Shown here: piece by piece, positions 1 to 11,400 of the stretch | Position numbering within the stretch: the stretch's first letter is position 1 | Layout of the letters: each line of letters starts with the position of its first letter | From: Gammaproteobacteria bacterium | GTDB taxonomy: Bacteria; Pseudomonadota; Gammaproteobacteria; CBDBNL01; JAAOII01 | Reading direction: 5' to 3' | Assembly (NCBI GenBank): GCA_965209035.1 | Contig: OZ242372.1 | Coordinates: 576,001-640,000, forward strand | Length of the DNA stretch: 64,000 nucleotides | The notes under the pieces: generated by a model | What the model was told of the DNA's origin: nothing | Databases searched by the model: none | The model's input: the letters and a program-made list of their open reading frames with translations, nothing else | Translations under genes and position numbers: made by a program

Positions 1-105
1 CTTTGGCGAACTCACTGCCATTGTCGGGGAGGGCTTTTTCGATCCGAGTGCCGAGTATGTTTTGCCTAACGGTAAAGAGCCGGGCGGAACGGGCCGCAGC
101 GGCCA
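1..105 (-). mobile_element. IS481-like transposase relic, cut by window edge
   Basis: Highly similar to 41614-41716; minus strand reads ...MLGTRIEKALPDNGSEFAK, a degenerate TDNGSEF integrase-core motif. Confidence 0.75.
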
Positions 106-154
106 AACGAGATCTCAGTCTGCTTCTTGCTTTTGCTTGCCCGCTGCTGAAAGT

Positions 155-2758
155 CTACTGCCGTCGCTGCTGCTCTTCCACGCTGACAGGAAGACAGTTC
201 AAAACGGGATACTGGTCTGCGTCGCCGAGATCCCAGACGCTTAAGAATCCGGCAGGTTGGATCGCCTCTTCTATTACTTCGCCCGTGTCCGGATCACACC
301 GGATGTTACCCCAGTCGGCATAGATGCCTGTGAAAGTGCTCGGGTTTTGCAGCAGGGCGGTGGTCTGACCCTCGCCCAAATCGCCGGCACTGGCTGACTG
401 CCGGGTGGTTTGATTATCCCAATAGGAAGCATTGACGGTGGTTACCATGTTGACATTGCCGAGCAAACCGCCGGCATTAATACCGAAACTTGAAACAAGT
501 CCGCCGGCGGCATAAGAATAACGAATATTAGAATTCTGACCATCCCCAACCAACCCGCCAACAACATTAACTCCGGTAACACTTCCGCCGGATACATACG
601 CATAGCGAATATCAAAATTGCGAGCAAATCCAATCAGTCCGCCAACATTACTAGATCCGATAGCAGATCCGCCTAAGCGTTTTACTCTCCCGGAAACATT
701 CACGCCGGACGCATAAGCATAACGAATATCAGACTCAACACTAAACACGGAATTAGACTCGGAACTAGGCCAACCGCCGACTAGTCCGCCAATATTAAAT
801 CCGATTCCGGTTCCAAAAACACTTCCGTCGGACACATACGCATAGCGAATATCAATATACCGGCCATTCCCAACCAGTCCGCCAACATCATGCTCGCCGA
901 CAACACTTCCGTCGGACACATACGCATAGCGAATATCCATATTCTGACCATTCCCAACCAGTCCGCCAATACTAAAATCCCCGCCGGAAACATCTACGCC
1001 GGTTGAATGAGCATAGCGAATAACAGCACCCCGACCATCCCCAACCAATCCGCCGACGACGTCGGCATCCGGACTCATCACACTGCTACTCGTAACCGAC
1101 AAATTCTCATAACGGGCATTCCTGCCATAGCCTACCAGTGTGCCCACAGCATTGTCACCGCCACTGACACTTGCATTCAAGAGATGCAGATTTTGGATAT
1201 CACCGGTTAATGCAGCGAATAAGCCCACTCCATTGACGGTATCATCCGCAGCAATGAACAGACCGGCAAGAGTATAGCCGCCGCCGTCAAAGATTCCCGT
1301 ATAAGAGGTGCAAACATCTGCATCAGAACAGGAGCCAATCGGCAGCCAGCCGCTGCCGGCACGATCTGTCCAGTCGTCCATATTACCGCTGCTACCGCTA
1401 CCCGTGACATAGGAAGCCACATCGCTAAAATTGAGTGAGCGGGCAAGTTCATAACCCGAGCAGCCGACAGTATCCGGGCAACCCACAGAGCCCACAGAAG
1501 TTATCTCGTCAACATTGCCGTCATCCTCACCATCGCCGTTCAGATCATCGCGCAGCCGCGCCAAGTCATCCAAAGTGCGAATTTCTATGAGGCGATTATT
1601 ATTGTCATCCACATCCTCATCGTTATCCCGACAACCGTCACCGTCATTGTCCGTCCCCGCCAAAGAAGTCCAGCCAACCATACCGGTCGGGCAAGCATCC
1701 GCAATATCATCCACACCATCATTATCATTGTCATCATCACAGACATCGCCGAGTGCATCCTGATCATTATTGGACTGCCCCGGATTATTGATAAACTGGC
1801 AGTTATCCGCCGCCGTGGTCGCGTTTGCCACATCCGGCAAACCATCATTGTCATCATCCGGATCACAGGCATCGCCTAACCCATCCGTATCATTATCATC
1901 TTGCCCCGGATTATCCGTGAATTGGCAGTTATCCGCCGCCGTCGTCGCGTCTGCCACATCCGGCAAACCATCATTGTCATCATCCGGATCACAAACATCG
2001 CCTAACCTATCCGTATCATTATCATCCTGCCCCGGATTCCTAACTAGCGGACAATTATCTTCCATATTCGACAAACCATCAATATCAATGTCCCCATCCA
2101 AGCCTATGCCTTGATCCGCCCCGGTTGTGCCGGACACAGGAGATGACATCGCGGTATCGCCGTCCTTATAGAGTACCGTAATCGTGATCCGGTAAGCGGT
2201 GTTATTGGTTAGATCCATAATGTTGTAGATGACCCGAGCAAGCGGCGCAACATCCGCCATGGTAGAATTAAGTTCCGTTGTGTCGCCTTCACTCGTATCG
2301 TCATCAACATTGTGCCGGGTAATATTAAACCCGGTGATGTTCATCTGATCCGGATTGGTCCAACCGACAAAAATATGATCCTCGCCAACCAGAGTCTGGA
2401 TATTGGAAACAGCCCGGGTGTTTTGGCCATTGTCAGTGCCGCCACTGCTACCGCCGCCGCTACCGCCGCCACAACCGGCCAGGGCCAAACCGAACATACC
2501 CGCCAGCAGCACACCATAAAAGCGAGCCGGCTTATCCGGCTGACGGCAAGCATTAGAGGCCGCTGTAGCGGCAATGTAACGGTGGTGTGTGTGGGGGGGG
2601 GTAAGCATTAGAGACCGCCGTAGCGACAATGTAACCCGCCCGCCAAACGACATCATAGTATTTGGCATATTATTAAGGCCCCGCACGAATGCCGGGCATG
2701 ACAGCCAGCCGCGTATTGCTTTCGCCGACCGAACAGGAAAAAAGTATAACTTATTCAT
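155..2758 (-). CDS. Large surface lipoprotein: FN3-like domain, thrombospondin type-3 (Ca-binding) repeats, GLUG-type repeats
   Basis: Lipobox LALAG-C followed by Gly/Ser linker; DNC..NPGQDDNDTD.LGD.CD repeats; GGLVG.G...DIRYAYVS repeats; SYWD motif near C-terminus; paralog of 47879-51271. Confidence 0.8.
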   Translation of the reverse strand: MNKLYFFPVRSAKAIRGWLSCPAFVRGLNNMPNTMMSFGGRVTLSLRRSLMLTPPHTHHRYIAATAASNACRQPDKPARFYGVLLAGMFGLALAGCGGGSGGGSSGGTDNGQNTRAVSNIQTLVGEDHIFVGWTNPDQMNITGFNITRHNVDDDTSEGDTTELNSTMADVAPLARVIYNIMDLTNNTAYRITITVLYKDGDTAMSSPVSGTTGADQGIGLDGDIDIDGLSNMEDNCPLVRNPGQDDNDTDRLGDVCDPDDDNDGLPDVADATTAADNCQFTDNPGQDDNDTDGLGDACDPDDDNDGLPDVANATTAADNCQFINNPGQSNNDQDALGDVCDDDNDNDGVDDIADACPTGMVGWTSLAGTDNDGDGCRDNDEDVDDNNNRLIEIRTLDDLARLRDDLNGDGEDDGNVDEITSVGSVGCPDTVGCSGYELARSLNFSDVASYVTGSGSSGNMDDWTDRAGSGWLPIGSCSDADVCTSYTGIFDGGGYTLAGLFIAADDTVNGVGLFAALTGDIQNLHLLNASVSGGDNAVGTLVGYGRNARYENLSVTSSSVMSPDADVVGGLVGDGRGAVIRYAHSTGVDVSGGDFSIGGLVGNGQNMDIRYAYVSDGSVVGEHDVGGLVGNGRYIDIRYAYVSDGSVFGTGIGFNIGGLVGGWPSSESNSVFSVESDIRYAYASGVNVSGRVKRLGGSAIGSSNVGGLIGFARNFDIRYAYVSGGSVTGVNVVGGLVGDGQNSNIRYSYAAGGLVSSFGINAGGLLGNVNMVTTVNASYWDNQTTRQSASAGDLGEGQTTALLQNPSTFTGIYADWGNIRCDPDTGEVIEEAIQPAGFLSVWDLGDADQYPVLNCLPVSVEEQQRRQ

Positions 2759-3285
2759 TGTGTTGTTATCGTGTTGTTATCCGTATTAATTATTCATTTA
2801 ACTTTTATGCGGATGGAATGATTCCATACCCTGCCTTAATTATAACACCTATTTCCCAAATATGTCTGTGGCGGATCACCTCGTCCGCCAGAACCTCAAA
2901 CCGCCGAGAACCGCCGGCTATTTAATGTGAGGATGCACAATGCCCAACTCAGCGTCCGGAACCTTTATGAGACTATGCACATCCACATCCCGGCAAGGTT
3001 TTAGAATCGGCGTTTGAGAGAATTCGCCCCAAGCCCCGGAAAATTCCGAAAACTAAAGTCCTGCCGGGAGACCTCTCAAGGTGCCGGGAAAGACACCGGG
3101 AAAGACACCGGGAAAAGTACCGCGCAAGAAACCGACAAGCAAGTTGCGCTACGCGGAAATAGAAATGAAACACGGAATGCGACTCCGTTCTATTGGTCAC
3201 GCCTGCGCGGGTGAAACAAAATTGCAAGAACACCCCCCCTTACCAAACAAGTAAGTATTAAAATATAAATAAAAAATATATTATT

Positions 3286-4497
3286 ATGTCTGTCCGCGTT
3301 ATTGCCCCGGTTATTCCTACTGCCTTAATTCAAATAAGAGAGATGGCCGGCTACGACAGCCCGGAAAAAATTCATCCCGGGCGGGAAAAAGAAACAGAAA
3401 AACTGCGCGCATGGGAAGCGGGAAAGACAAAGCCGACTTTAAATCAAGCCAAGCAACTTGCCAAAAAATATCGGATATCGCATCTTCTGTTTTATTCCAA
3501 GGATTTACCCGATACTTTTCAAACAAAATTACCGCCGGACTTCAGGCGATATAAAAGGCGGCAGCCCTATTCGCCCAATTTACGCTTTGCCGTCAGAGAA
3601 GTGTTCTATCGCCAAGAGTGGTTGAAAGATTATTTAAGAGACACAGAACAACAAAACTTTTCCCCGCCGCAGTCCGTCCAAATTAGCGATAACCCGCGGA
3701 CCCTTGCCACCAAAATCCGAAAATGGTTGGGTATCACAATGAACACCCAACAGCGTTGTCGCAAGACTGAAGATGCCTTTGATTTGTGGCGAAGTGCCAT
3801 TGAAAAACAAGGAGTCACAGTATTCACCAATAATACGCATCGCTACTACAAAATTAACCCCGGCGAATACGACGGACTGGCTATCTCGGACAACCTCGCC
3901 CCGCTCATATTACTTAATCCGGGGCCCAACTTAAAAAATAGCCGCTCTATTTTCACACTGATACATGAACTGGCACATTTGCTCTTAGGCGAAGGCGCAT
4001 TATCTCTTATCAATTTCCGCAGTCAAAACAATATCAATAACACGGATGCACGCGAACTGCAAATAGAATCTTGGTGCAATAAAGTGGCAGGCGAAGTCCT
4101 TGCCCCGAATGAATGGCTAACACAAAATTGGTCCGCCACCGAACCCAGCCGACAACAAATTGAGACACTCGCCGACAGCATAAAAGTCAGTCGACAAATG
4201 CTTGCCGTGCAAGTTAAAAATAATCATTTGATCGGCCAACAAAAACTGGAACAATTGCTCACCGAATACGAAGGGCAATTTCACTTGTCCCGCCAAAATA
4301 AACGCAGTTTTGGCATAACTCGTCCTGCCCCCGCAACCATCAAAAGATGCGGAAGTTACTTTTCCCGATGCGTTTTGGATGCCTATCAAAAAAACAGCAT
4401 AGCCGCCACTGATATTTATGACCTAACGGATCTTAAGTTGAAATATCTTAAAGAATTCGCTCACAAAATAGACTTTCCCTTGCATCGTTGGCGATGA
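3286..4497 (+). CDS. XRE HTH + ImmA/IrrE (peptidase M78) metallo-endopeptidase
   Basis: N-terminal LRAWEAGKTKPTLNQAKQLA HTH signature; FTLIHELAH HExxH motif; IESWCNKVAGEVLAP. Confidence 0.85.
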   Translation: MSVRVIAPVIPTALIQIREMAGYDSPEKIHPGREKETEKLRAWEAGKTKPTLNQAKQLAKKYRISHLLFYSKDLPDTFQTKLPPDFRRYKRRQPYSPNLRFAVREVFYRQEWLKDYLRDTEQQNFSPPQSVQISDNPRTLATKIRKWLGITMNTQQRCRKTEDAFDLWRSAIEKQGVTVFTNNTHRYYKINPGEYDGLAISDNLAPLILLNPGPNLKNSRSIFTLIHELAHLLLGEGALSLINFRSQNNINNTDARELQIESWCNKVAGEVLAPNEWLTQNWSATEPSRQQIETLADSIKVSRQMLAVQVKNNHLIGQQKLEQLLTEYEGQFHLSRQNKRSFGITRPAPATIKRCGSYFSRCVLDAYQKNSIAATDIYDLTDLKLKYLKEFAHKIDFPLHRWR

Positions 4498-4870
4498 CAG
4501 TATTTTTATTTGATACAAAATAAAAAAATGCCGAGCATCCGAGAGGGAAACAAAATGAATAACAACCCGCCCAAACGCCCGGCAAAATCATTACAACACC
4601 CGGCTAACGGGATCTTAACAATTAACGCCTCTCGTTCGTTGTTATGTTATATGTTAGTTAGTTATTTAAAAGACAAGTTCCCAAACTTTGCCGACAAGCA
4701 TCAAGCCCCCGGAACGCACACTGCGAAACCGAAAAAACCGGAGATGCCAAAAAAGCTAAAAAGGCAGCCCATGCCGTGAAGACCTCAAAAACTTCGAAGA
4801 CCACGAAGACCGCGAAGATCCCAAAAACACCCCCGCCCAAAACTTCATCCAATCGCAAGCAACCGCCCAT

Positions 4871-5632
4871 TCAATCCCCCCGACAGGTCAGAGCGAGTTC
4901 CCGAATGCGTTGTTCGCGCGCACGCCAATCCGGCAGGTGGCCGGCAAGCATCCTATAAAACTCACGCCCGTGATTCCGATGACGCAAATGGCACAACTCA
5001 TGCACCAACACATATTCAATACAACTCACCGGCCCCTTAATCAGTTGCATGTTCAGCGACATATTCCCCTTCACCGACAAACTACCCCAACGGCTCGTCA
5101 TATCCTTCACACGCATCACAGGTCGCTCATAGCCCAAACCCACAAAGCGCGGCCAGACCCCATCATAAAGTTTGCCGAACACCTCCCACGCCTGTGCCAG
5201 ATACCATGCCTTCAACACAATACGCATCCCGGCGGGACTCATATCCGGCCCCCGCAAAAACAACCAATCATGCCGAAGTTCCACCCCATAGTCGGCGGCG
5301 ACTTCGGTCCGCAAACGGTATTGCCGTCCCAGGTACAAATGCGTCTCACCCTCGGCATAGGCACGCGGCGGCATCGCAATCGGCAAAAGACGAAACTGTT
5401 GTTGCTTCTTAAGAATCCATCGCTCCCGCTTGGCAAGAAGTTCCCGCAACCGAGCCGCCGATGTGCCAACCGGCGCACGCATCCCAACCCGCCCATCAGG
5501 CCGCACCGAAATCTCCACAGACAGCCGGCGCAGCGAATACACAATCGCCACATCCGTTTCCTTACCGCCCAACGACACACGCACAGAATCCGTGCCTGTG
5601 TTTTTATGCGTGATGCTTGTCCCTGTCTTCAT
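4871..5632 (-). CDS. YgjP/DUF45 (M48/SprT-like) zinc metallopeptidase
   Basis: MTSRWGS, YVLVHELCHLRHRNHGREFY...PDW; family commonly found downstream of hsdR. Confidence 0.85.
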   Translation of the reverse strand: MKTGTSITHKNTGTDSVRVSLGGKETDVAIVYSLRRLSVEISVRPDGRVGMRAPVGTSAARLRELLAKRERWILKKQQQFRLLPIAMPPRAYAEGETHLYLGRQYRLRTEVAADYGVELRHDWLFLRGPDMSPAGMRIVLKAWYLAQAWEVFGKLYDGVWPRFVGLGYERPVMRVKDMTSRWGSLSVKGNMSLNMQLIKGPVSCIEYVLVHELCHLRHRNHGREFYRMLAGHLPDWRAREQRIRELALTCRGD

Positions 5633-6033
5633 TATTCAATCATTTAACTAACTGCCTAACCGCCTAATCGCCCAGCCGCCAAACCGCCCGACTTCCCTGC
5701 ACAGTCACCGCCCGGCAAACTATTGAAGCGGGGACAAAAGATCCTCGGCATCAATCGGGACTTCCCGCACAGCCATCGCCCGGCACAAAGAATTGGCAAT
5801 GACAGCACCGGTTCTCTCTTGCCGGTTCTCTTGCATCTCAACAGCCAAAGTGAGCACTTGGGTTTGATGACGAGTTCCCCGAACATCCGGCTCCGTCCCT
5901 TCAACTTGCTTTTGCATCGCTGTCTTTGTGATAGGGGCCCTCAAAAAGATAACTCAGAATTTTTATTCTGCTCATAAAAGTTAAAGTAATTTATGAGATA
6001 TCCCGGTAACCACTTTAGAAATGAACCGAATTA

Positions 6034-8331
6034 TTAATTGCCTAACTTCTTATGTGTTTCTTGAAATTTTTGTTCTATGTCGTCAACGAGTGTCTTGATA
6101 TTTGTCATAGTCTCGGCACTTAATTTGACAGAGCTACCCTCCCGGCATTTTCTTAGGAATAGTAACGCAAGTAATACTTTATTGTTCTCTTTTTTCTTTG
6201 AGGAATCGGAATCATTTTTGTTCCGGTCTTCCGGCAAAACATACTTTCTAAAATCATCCGGTGTAAACATATCTTCAATGGAACCGCTAATAGGCAAATC
6301 CATTATAAATTCTTCCATACCTTCCCAATTCTTCGTAAGATTTCTTTTCCCGCTCTGTCCACCCGGATCATTATCAAAGAGATACGCCACCCTTGCTCCC
6401 CAACCCAGGAGTATGGTCCCCACTATCGGCATGTTTCCCGCACCGCCACCGGCAATAAAATTGACAGCATCTTTCTTATTATCCTTTTTTAATAGTATTT
6501 GAAAAGCTTGTAAGTAATAAGCATCCGAGGGACCTTCCACAACAACATTGTTTTGTTTATCCACACCAGATATTCCCAAACTCATATCCAAGCCGATTGC
6601 CGTTAAGATGGGTGTCAGTGTCTCTTTGTCCGCCTTGGGGGCGGCATGCACCTGATTTGTTATTGTAGTCCCTTCGTTTTCAGTTTTATGCACTAGCCTA
6701 ATGCGATCTAATTTATTCGCTTGCAAAAGATAGGGGGAATGCGTTGAAAATATTATCTGTCTTTTTTTACTAACACTTTCTAATTTCTTTAATATATCTT
6801 TTTGAGCCTTCGCATGCAAGAACATACCGGGTTCATCAATCAGAATGATATTTGGAACCGTATCCTCCGAGCGCTCAGTCATCTTAATATAATTCGCATG
6901 CAGGAATAAACCGGGTTCATCAAACAGAATGATATTTGGAACCGTATCCTCCGAGCGGGCAGTCACTTTAATATAAAAAGCAAGATGCCACTGCTTTCCC
7001 TTACTTCTTATACTTGGCGAGAAAAACTCTCCGTGTTCTTTTATCCAAAAATGCAACATAGGATTTTCCCAACTAACATGCAACTTAGCTTCATCTTGTT
7101 TCCAAAATTCTTGGTAGCCCTTGTTTAGAGTTAGATTTATCTCATCTCTATGTGTTTCTTTTGCCGCCGAATCACTACCCGTTATAGTCTTTATATCCAA
7201 ATCACTAATAGAAGACAAATCCTTAATCCATTCATTCTTCTCTAACTGATCAAACGGAATCTTATCCGGCAATATATCTTCAAAGGATTTAAAAAGTATG
7301 AAATTAGGGGCACGTGCATACAACTTCTTCAAAAATTTGTTCTTAAAAAAATATAAAAAGACGCCGTGAATATAATAAGTTTTTTTATACTCTTCTATTT
7401 CTTCAGGTAAGGAAGAAAATTTCTTTTTACTATCCTCCGTAAGACTTTCAATGTGAGAATGCATACTTTTAATGAACTCATCAGTTTGTGCGAGCATATC
7501 ATTATAACTATCTATACTAAACCGAGTTCTTTTCACTTCTCTTAATGAATCTATTTCCTCTTCTGTTAAGATTTCTGGTAAGTCTTCTATTTTCTCTATC
7601 GTGTAAGCTATTCCCTTTGTTATATCTTCCGACCAGACTCCCATTTCCGCTTCCATCAATTTTATTTCATCCTTTGTCAAGGATCCTATTTTCTCTTCTA
7701 TCAGTTTTATTTCCCTCTTGTTTAAAGTTCTTGTTTTCTTTTTGATTGATATTATTTTGCCCGCTGTTAAATCTTCTATGTGGTTACTGACATCTATAAG
7801 AATTTTTTCTGTATCCTTTATACTTTTTATAATTTCTCGGATCTCAGAGAACTGAGAGAGTATCCCATTCATAAGCGGACGCTCATTAGAAAATATTTTT
7901 ACAAATTCAAATTCATGTTCATCCGTTGTGCTTTCAGAATTTGTGATCTTATCTATAATGCTATTCATAAGTCTTGCTTCTTCATCCGTAACACCCCAAA
8001 GATCAATGCCATATATACCTCCATCATTTACAGCCCCCGGCTTAATGACACCCATAGAATATTTTATTTCATCTAATATATAATCCGCATCATATTCCTC
8101 CAAGATGAAAGTCACAGATATCTCAGGTTTTGCCCCCTTATTATTCCCGACTACCGGTTAAGCTTCTTTTCTTATCTCTTTCTCGTCATTAAAATCTTCC
8201 AAAGCCTCAAGAATAGAGGTTTTACCGGATTCATTCTTACCGGCAAGAATGGTAACAAAATCATCCATATAACAGTCACCGCTGTCAATAATGGACTTGT
8301 AATTTTTAATTCTAAATTTTTTTATACGCAT
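6034..8331 (-). pseudogene. ABC-ATPase + TOPRIM (OLD-like ATP-dependent nuclease) interrupted by one in-frame TAA
   Basis: ATG at 8331 gives MRIKKFRIKNYKSI...LAGKNESGKT (Walker A), TAA at 8158-8160, then the same frame continues into ORF 6034-8115 with signature SKG, Walker B IDEP, H-loop STHSP and TOPRIM VVEGPSD...DND. Confidence 0.8.
6809..6976. repeat. 84-bp tandem duplication covering the Walker B motif
   Basis: RSEDTVPNIILFDEPGLFLHA / RSEDTVPNIILIDEPGMFLHA; cagaatgatatttggaaccgtatcctccgagcg at 6841 and 6925. Confidence 0.9.
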
Positions 8332-8409
8332 TTCATTTTTTAATATATCCTTTAAATTTTAATATTGGCGGTTCTATCTAAAACAAAACAGAAACTCATC
8401 TTTGGTAAA

Positions 8410-11400
8410 TCAATTGGGGTTTTCCGCGACAAGTTCTATAACATCCAACATCAGGTCATCAATTTTCTTAAGCAACTCCTCCGATATCTGTTCTCCTTTC
8501 CAAACCTCCTTCACAAAATATTCAAGAATCTCTTTCTGCATCTTGTTTTGAATATCCCTGCTACCGGCAAAGCCAATCCGATTATGTTTACTTGCGATAG
8601 ATCTGATTCTCATCGCAACCTCGGACATTAATCCTTCATTGTTATTCAGTTTCTTGCCAACACGCTCTGCAATAATATGGTAATAGGGCATCACCTCTTT
8701 ATAGTTTCCCGCCTTCTCAAGTGCAGCCGGGACATGCAAATATTTTCTATTTTCTATATCTTTGACCATCCGGCAAGTATGGTTAAAATCTCCCGGGGTA
8801 AACAACTCACCATGTTGATACCGGTGAATCGTCTCGTCCACCATTTTCGAAAACTTGTCATACAAGATAGGATCCTCATGGCGTTTTGCCCGAATAGTAC
8901 TTACCGCTTGATTCAACAGAATCTCCGCCCGCGACTTCGGACTCCGCCCCGCATATTTACCTTCCCCCGCTATCACCTTATTGATATCTACTTCGCCACC
9001 AACAAGAACACGCGGTATTTTCGTTTCCCCGTCCCCCTCATCGACTAACTCCGACCTACCCGCTATATCGGTATTCTTGCTCTCAATATCTCTCGCAGGT
9101 TCTCCCCGGTTTACCTCTTGCAGATACATAGCATTGCCATCCGCCACCACATCGCTTGCCCGAACATAGCGATGCAAAATCCCGCGAATATTTGCCTCCA
9201 GTGCCTTATCAACCGCCGAGGTATCAAATCGTTCATGTGCAAAACGCCGCACCCTGTCATAAAACTCCAACGCTTTTTTACATTCCTTCCTGATAGCATC
9301 ATGCTTCTCATCTCCAAAATAGCCAATCGGCAAAACAATATCAACCAAGCGCGCCAACTCCGCATAGGCCTTATAAAATTCCTGTCGCCTCTCCTCATTA
9401 GCGAGGGATGTTTCATAGGCTTCTTGGTCGTCTTTCTTGATGCCACTAAACAGCGAATTCAATTTTTCCAAAGCAGCCGGAATTTTTTCTATCTGATCTT
9501 CCGCCGAATGAACGATCCCTTCCAGATCCTGCTCCTCATACCCCTTCAGTTCGTCATACATACTCAAAGACTGTTGCAAGTTACCTAACAATCCCAAATA
9601 ATCCACTATGCGACCGTTTAGTTTACGCTCATAAACTCGATTCACTCGTGCAATCGCTTGCAGTAATGCATGATCTGTCAAGTGTTTACAAAGATAAAGC
9701 ACCTTATTAAGCGGCGCATCAAAGCCGGTGAGAAGTTTATCCACAACTATTAAAAGACGCGTTTTGCCATCCTTCTGTTTGAAATCCTCAATAAACTTTT
9801 TGTCATAATTGCTCTCACCACCCTCTTGGTCCACCATTCTCGTAAAACCTGCGAACAGTTGTTTTTCCTCATCTGTGAATTCAGTATGGCTTTCATGTTC
9901 CCCCACCGTGGAAATGATCACCTTTGCATTCAATCTCTCTGTTTCAGCAACCTTCGCATCCAATGCATCCAATATTTGCTTAAACCGCAAAGCGGAAATT
10001 TTCTTTGGCAACACCAACTGCCCCTTAAACGGCGGGTCCATTGACCCCGTAAAGTCTTTAACAAGATTTTCCGCAATACAACGCTGCACATCCGGCGCAC
10101 TGATAATCTCCGTAACACTGGCGTAGCGTGCTTTAAGTCTCTCACTTTTTTCCGGTGCCATCCCTTCCGTTTCTCTGTCCACATTCGCATCCATCTGTTG
10201 CTTATCCTTATTATGAATATTTACCTTTCTGCCCTCGTAATACAAAGGAACAATCACCTCATCATTCAAAGCCTCCCGCATCCGATACACCGGTTCAATG
10301 AAGGGGCCGAAACGCACCATTGTATTCTTCTCTTTTTTCAACAAGGGCGTGCCGGTGAACGCAATATAGCAAGCATTCGGTAAGAACTCAGCCATCGATG
10401 CCGTCAATTCACTGTATTGAGTGCGATGCCCTTCATCCACAAAAACAAAAATATCTTTGGAAGGATTACGATATTGGGTTCCCTTTCTCGCTTTGTCAAA
10501 CTTATGCACCAAAGTAGTAATAACCTGCTCGCCCCCCTTTATGAGTTGCATTAAATTACGGGCACTGGTTGCTTGCACCGGCTCCAGCCCGCAAGATTTA
10601 AATGTCCCCTTAATCTGTTTATCCAAATCCTTCCTATCCGTCACCATCACAATACGCGCATTACGCATCTCCTTATCCTTTTTCAAGTGGTGTGCCAACA
10701 TCACCATCGTCAGCGATTTACCGGAACCCTGCGTATGCCAAACCACACCGCCGCGTCTCCGTCCGTATTCATCTCGTTCACTCACACGCACCAAAGCATT
10801 CCGCACCAACTCATATTGATGGGTGCGCGCCACCTTCTTTTCCAACCTACCCTGCTTTTCCTCAAACACAATAAACCGATGCACAAGTTCCAACAACCGA
10901 GCCGGCCGACACAGCTCCCACAATGTCCAATCCGCCGTCTTGTTGTTTGCATCCATCCGTTCAAAATAAGAACGCTGATTCTCAAAAGGATCTTGAAACA
11001 ACAGATCTTTTTCCTCTTTGGTTAGCCTTTTTTCCCCTATGTTGTTAAAGTCCCGGTCTTTGGCAGAGTCGCCCTTCCATTTACACCAAAATCCCTTCTC
11101 GCTTCCCACCGTTGCATACTTCACAAGATGATCCGCAATACATATCAAAATCTGCGCATAGTAAAACAATTGCGGAATCTCCTCGGGCTTTTGATAGTTT
11201 TGTAACTGTTGAATTCCGTTATCCAAATCGCCATGCTTATTCTTACATTCCAACACCACAAAAGGCATCCCATTTACAAACAACACAATATCCGGTCGGC
11301 GGGTGCCTCTGCCCGCCTCTGCTCTGTGAGTTGGCAAAGAATATTCCGCCGTAGCATGAAAAGCATTCTTTTCCCAATTCCGCCAATCAATAAAACGAAC

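Noticed and set aside
5750-5830. HiPIP-like CxxCQFFVPGDGC string on the minus strand
   Set aside because: Frame is bounded by stops, with no signal peptide or final GWC motif; probably chance
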